Source: Synechococcales cyanobacterium VAR_4_metabat_354 (GTDB taxonomy: Bacteria; Cyanobacteriota; Cyanobacteriia; Cyanobacteriales; Chamaesiphonaceae). From it: a stretch of DNA of 64,000 nucleotides. A program made the position numbers and the translations under genes. The stretch's first letter is position 1; each line of letters starts with the position of its first letter. The stretch is from NCBI GenBank assembly GCA_031414775.1, contig JANOQI010000016.1, positions 224,001 through 288,000 of the forward strand. Direction: 5' to 3'. The notes under the pieces are model-generated. The model saw nothing but the letters and a program-made list of their open reading frames with translations, did no database searches and was not told the origin of the DNA. This document shows, piece after piece, positions 63,658-64,000 of the stretch.

Positions 63658-64000
63658 ATGATCAGAAAGGCACAAGACAAAATCGTATATTCTTCTACAC
63701 AGAATTGGTTGAATTTGCTGATTCGTGATTCACTACTCCTCAAAGTAGTAGCTTGGCTGGGTAGTTCCAGCCTTGTGATTGTGGCACCGGTCGTTTCGGC
63801 AGAGTTCAATCCGCCACCAACTACTCCAGATTTAGCTACCCAGTCTTTGCCGCCAGTAGTGAGCGTCGCCAAAGACGAGCCTAGTGCGGCTGAACTTAAT
63901 CTTCATAATGATTTACTGACCGCAAATAACTTCACTGTCGCGGTTCAAAGCAATTCATCTGCACCCATTCACCACTACTACTCTAGGGCTGGAGTACCAT
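63658..64000 (+). CDS. Partial exported protein (runs off window end)
   Basis: Open from ATG 63658 to window end; hydrophobic signal-like segment followed by a Pro/Thr-rich region. Confidence 0.5.
   Translation, partial: MIRKAQDKIVYSSTQNWLNLLIRDSLLLKVVAWLGSSSLVIVAPVVSAEFNPPPTTPDLATQSLPPVVSVAKDEPSAAELNLHNDLLTANNFTVAVQSNSSAPIHHYYSRAGVP

Overview
A 64-kb window from a phycobilisome-containing cyanobacterium: it carries apcF, sipA, ndhQ and dense HIP1-type CGATCG palindromes, many as TCGATCGA. Most of it is housekeeping or conserved cyanobacterial genes (polA, rpmG-rpsR-RNase II, gltX, mutL, cbiB, clpS, ybeY-dgkA-trpG, nadB, purH, cbiX-cobA, tRNA-Leu(UAA), tRNA-Asp). Two things stand out. (1) A contiguous chlN-chlB-chlL dark-operative protochlorophyllide reductase operon whose gene order and sequence signatures are of the Prochlorococcus/marine Synechococcus/purple-bacterial type, yet it carries host HIP1 sites, suggesting an assimilated horizontal acquisition. 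(2) A layered accessory hotspot at about 22.6-29.6 kb. It holds a complete IS982 with a 6-bp target duplication splitting a frameshifted gene, a two-gene protease module between 57-bp direct repeats that read as duplicated gene 3' ends, an IS5 stub, and an AT-rich acyltransferase gene bounded by a GTTATGG core and a 90-bp attC-like site, i.e. a candidate integron cassette with no integrase in the window. Also seen: a possible RNase toxin/immunity pair, a circularly permuted ACP-like protein lacking the Ppant serine, and a 1620-aa all-TPR protein. No CRISPR array or rRNA was seen. Family assignments come from recognised motifs, not database searches.
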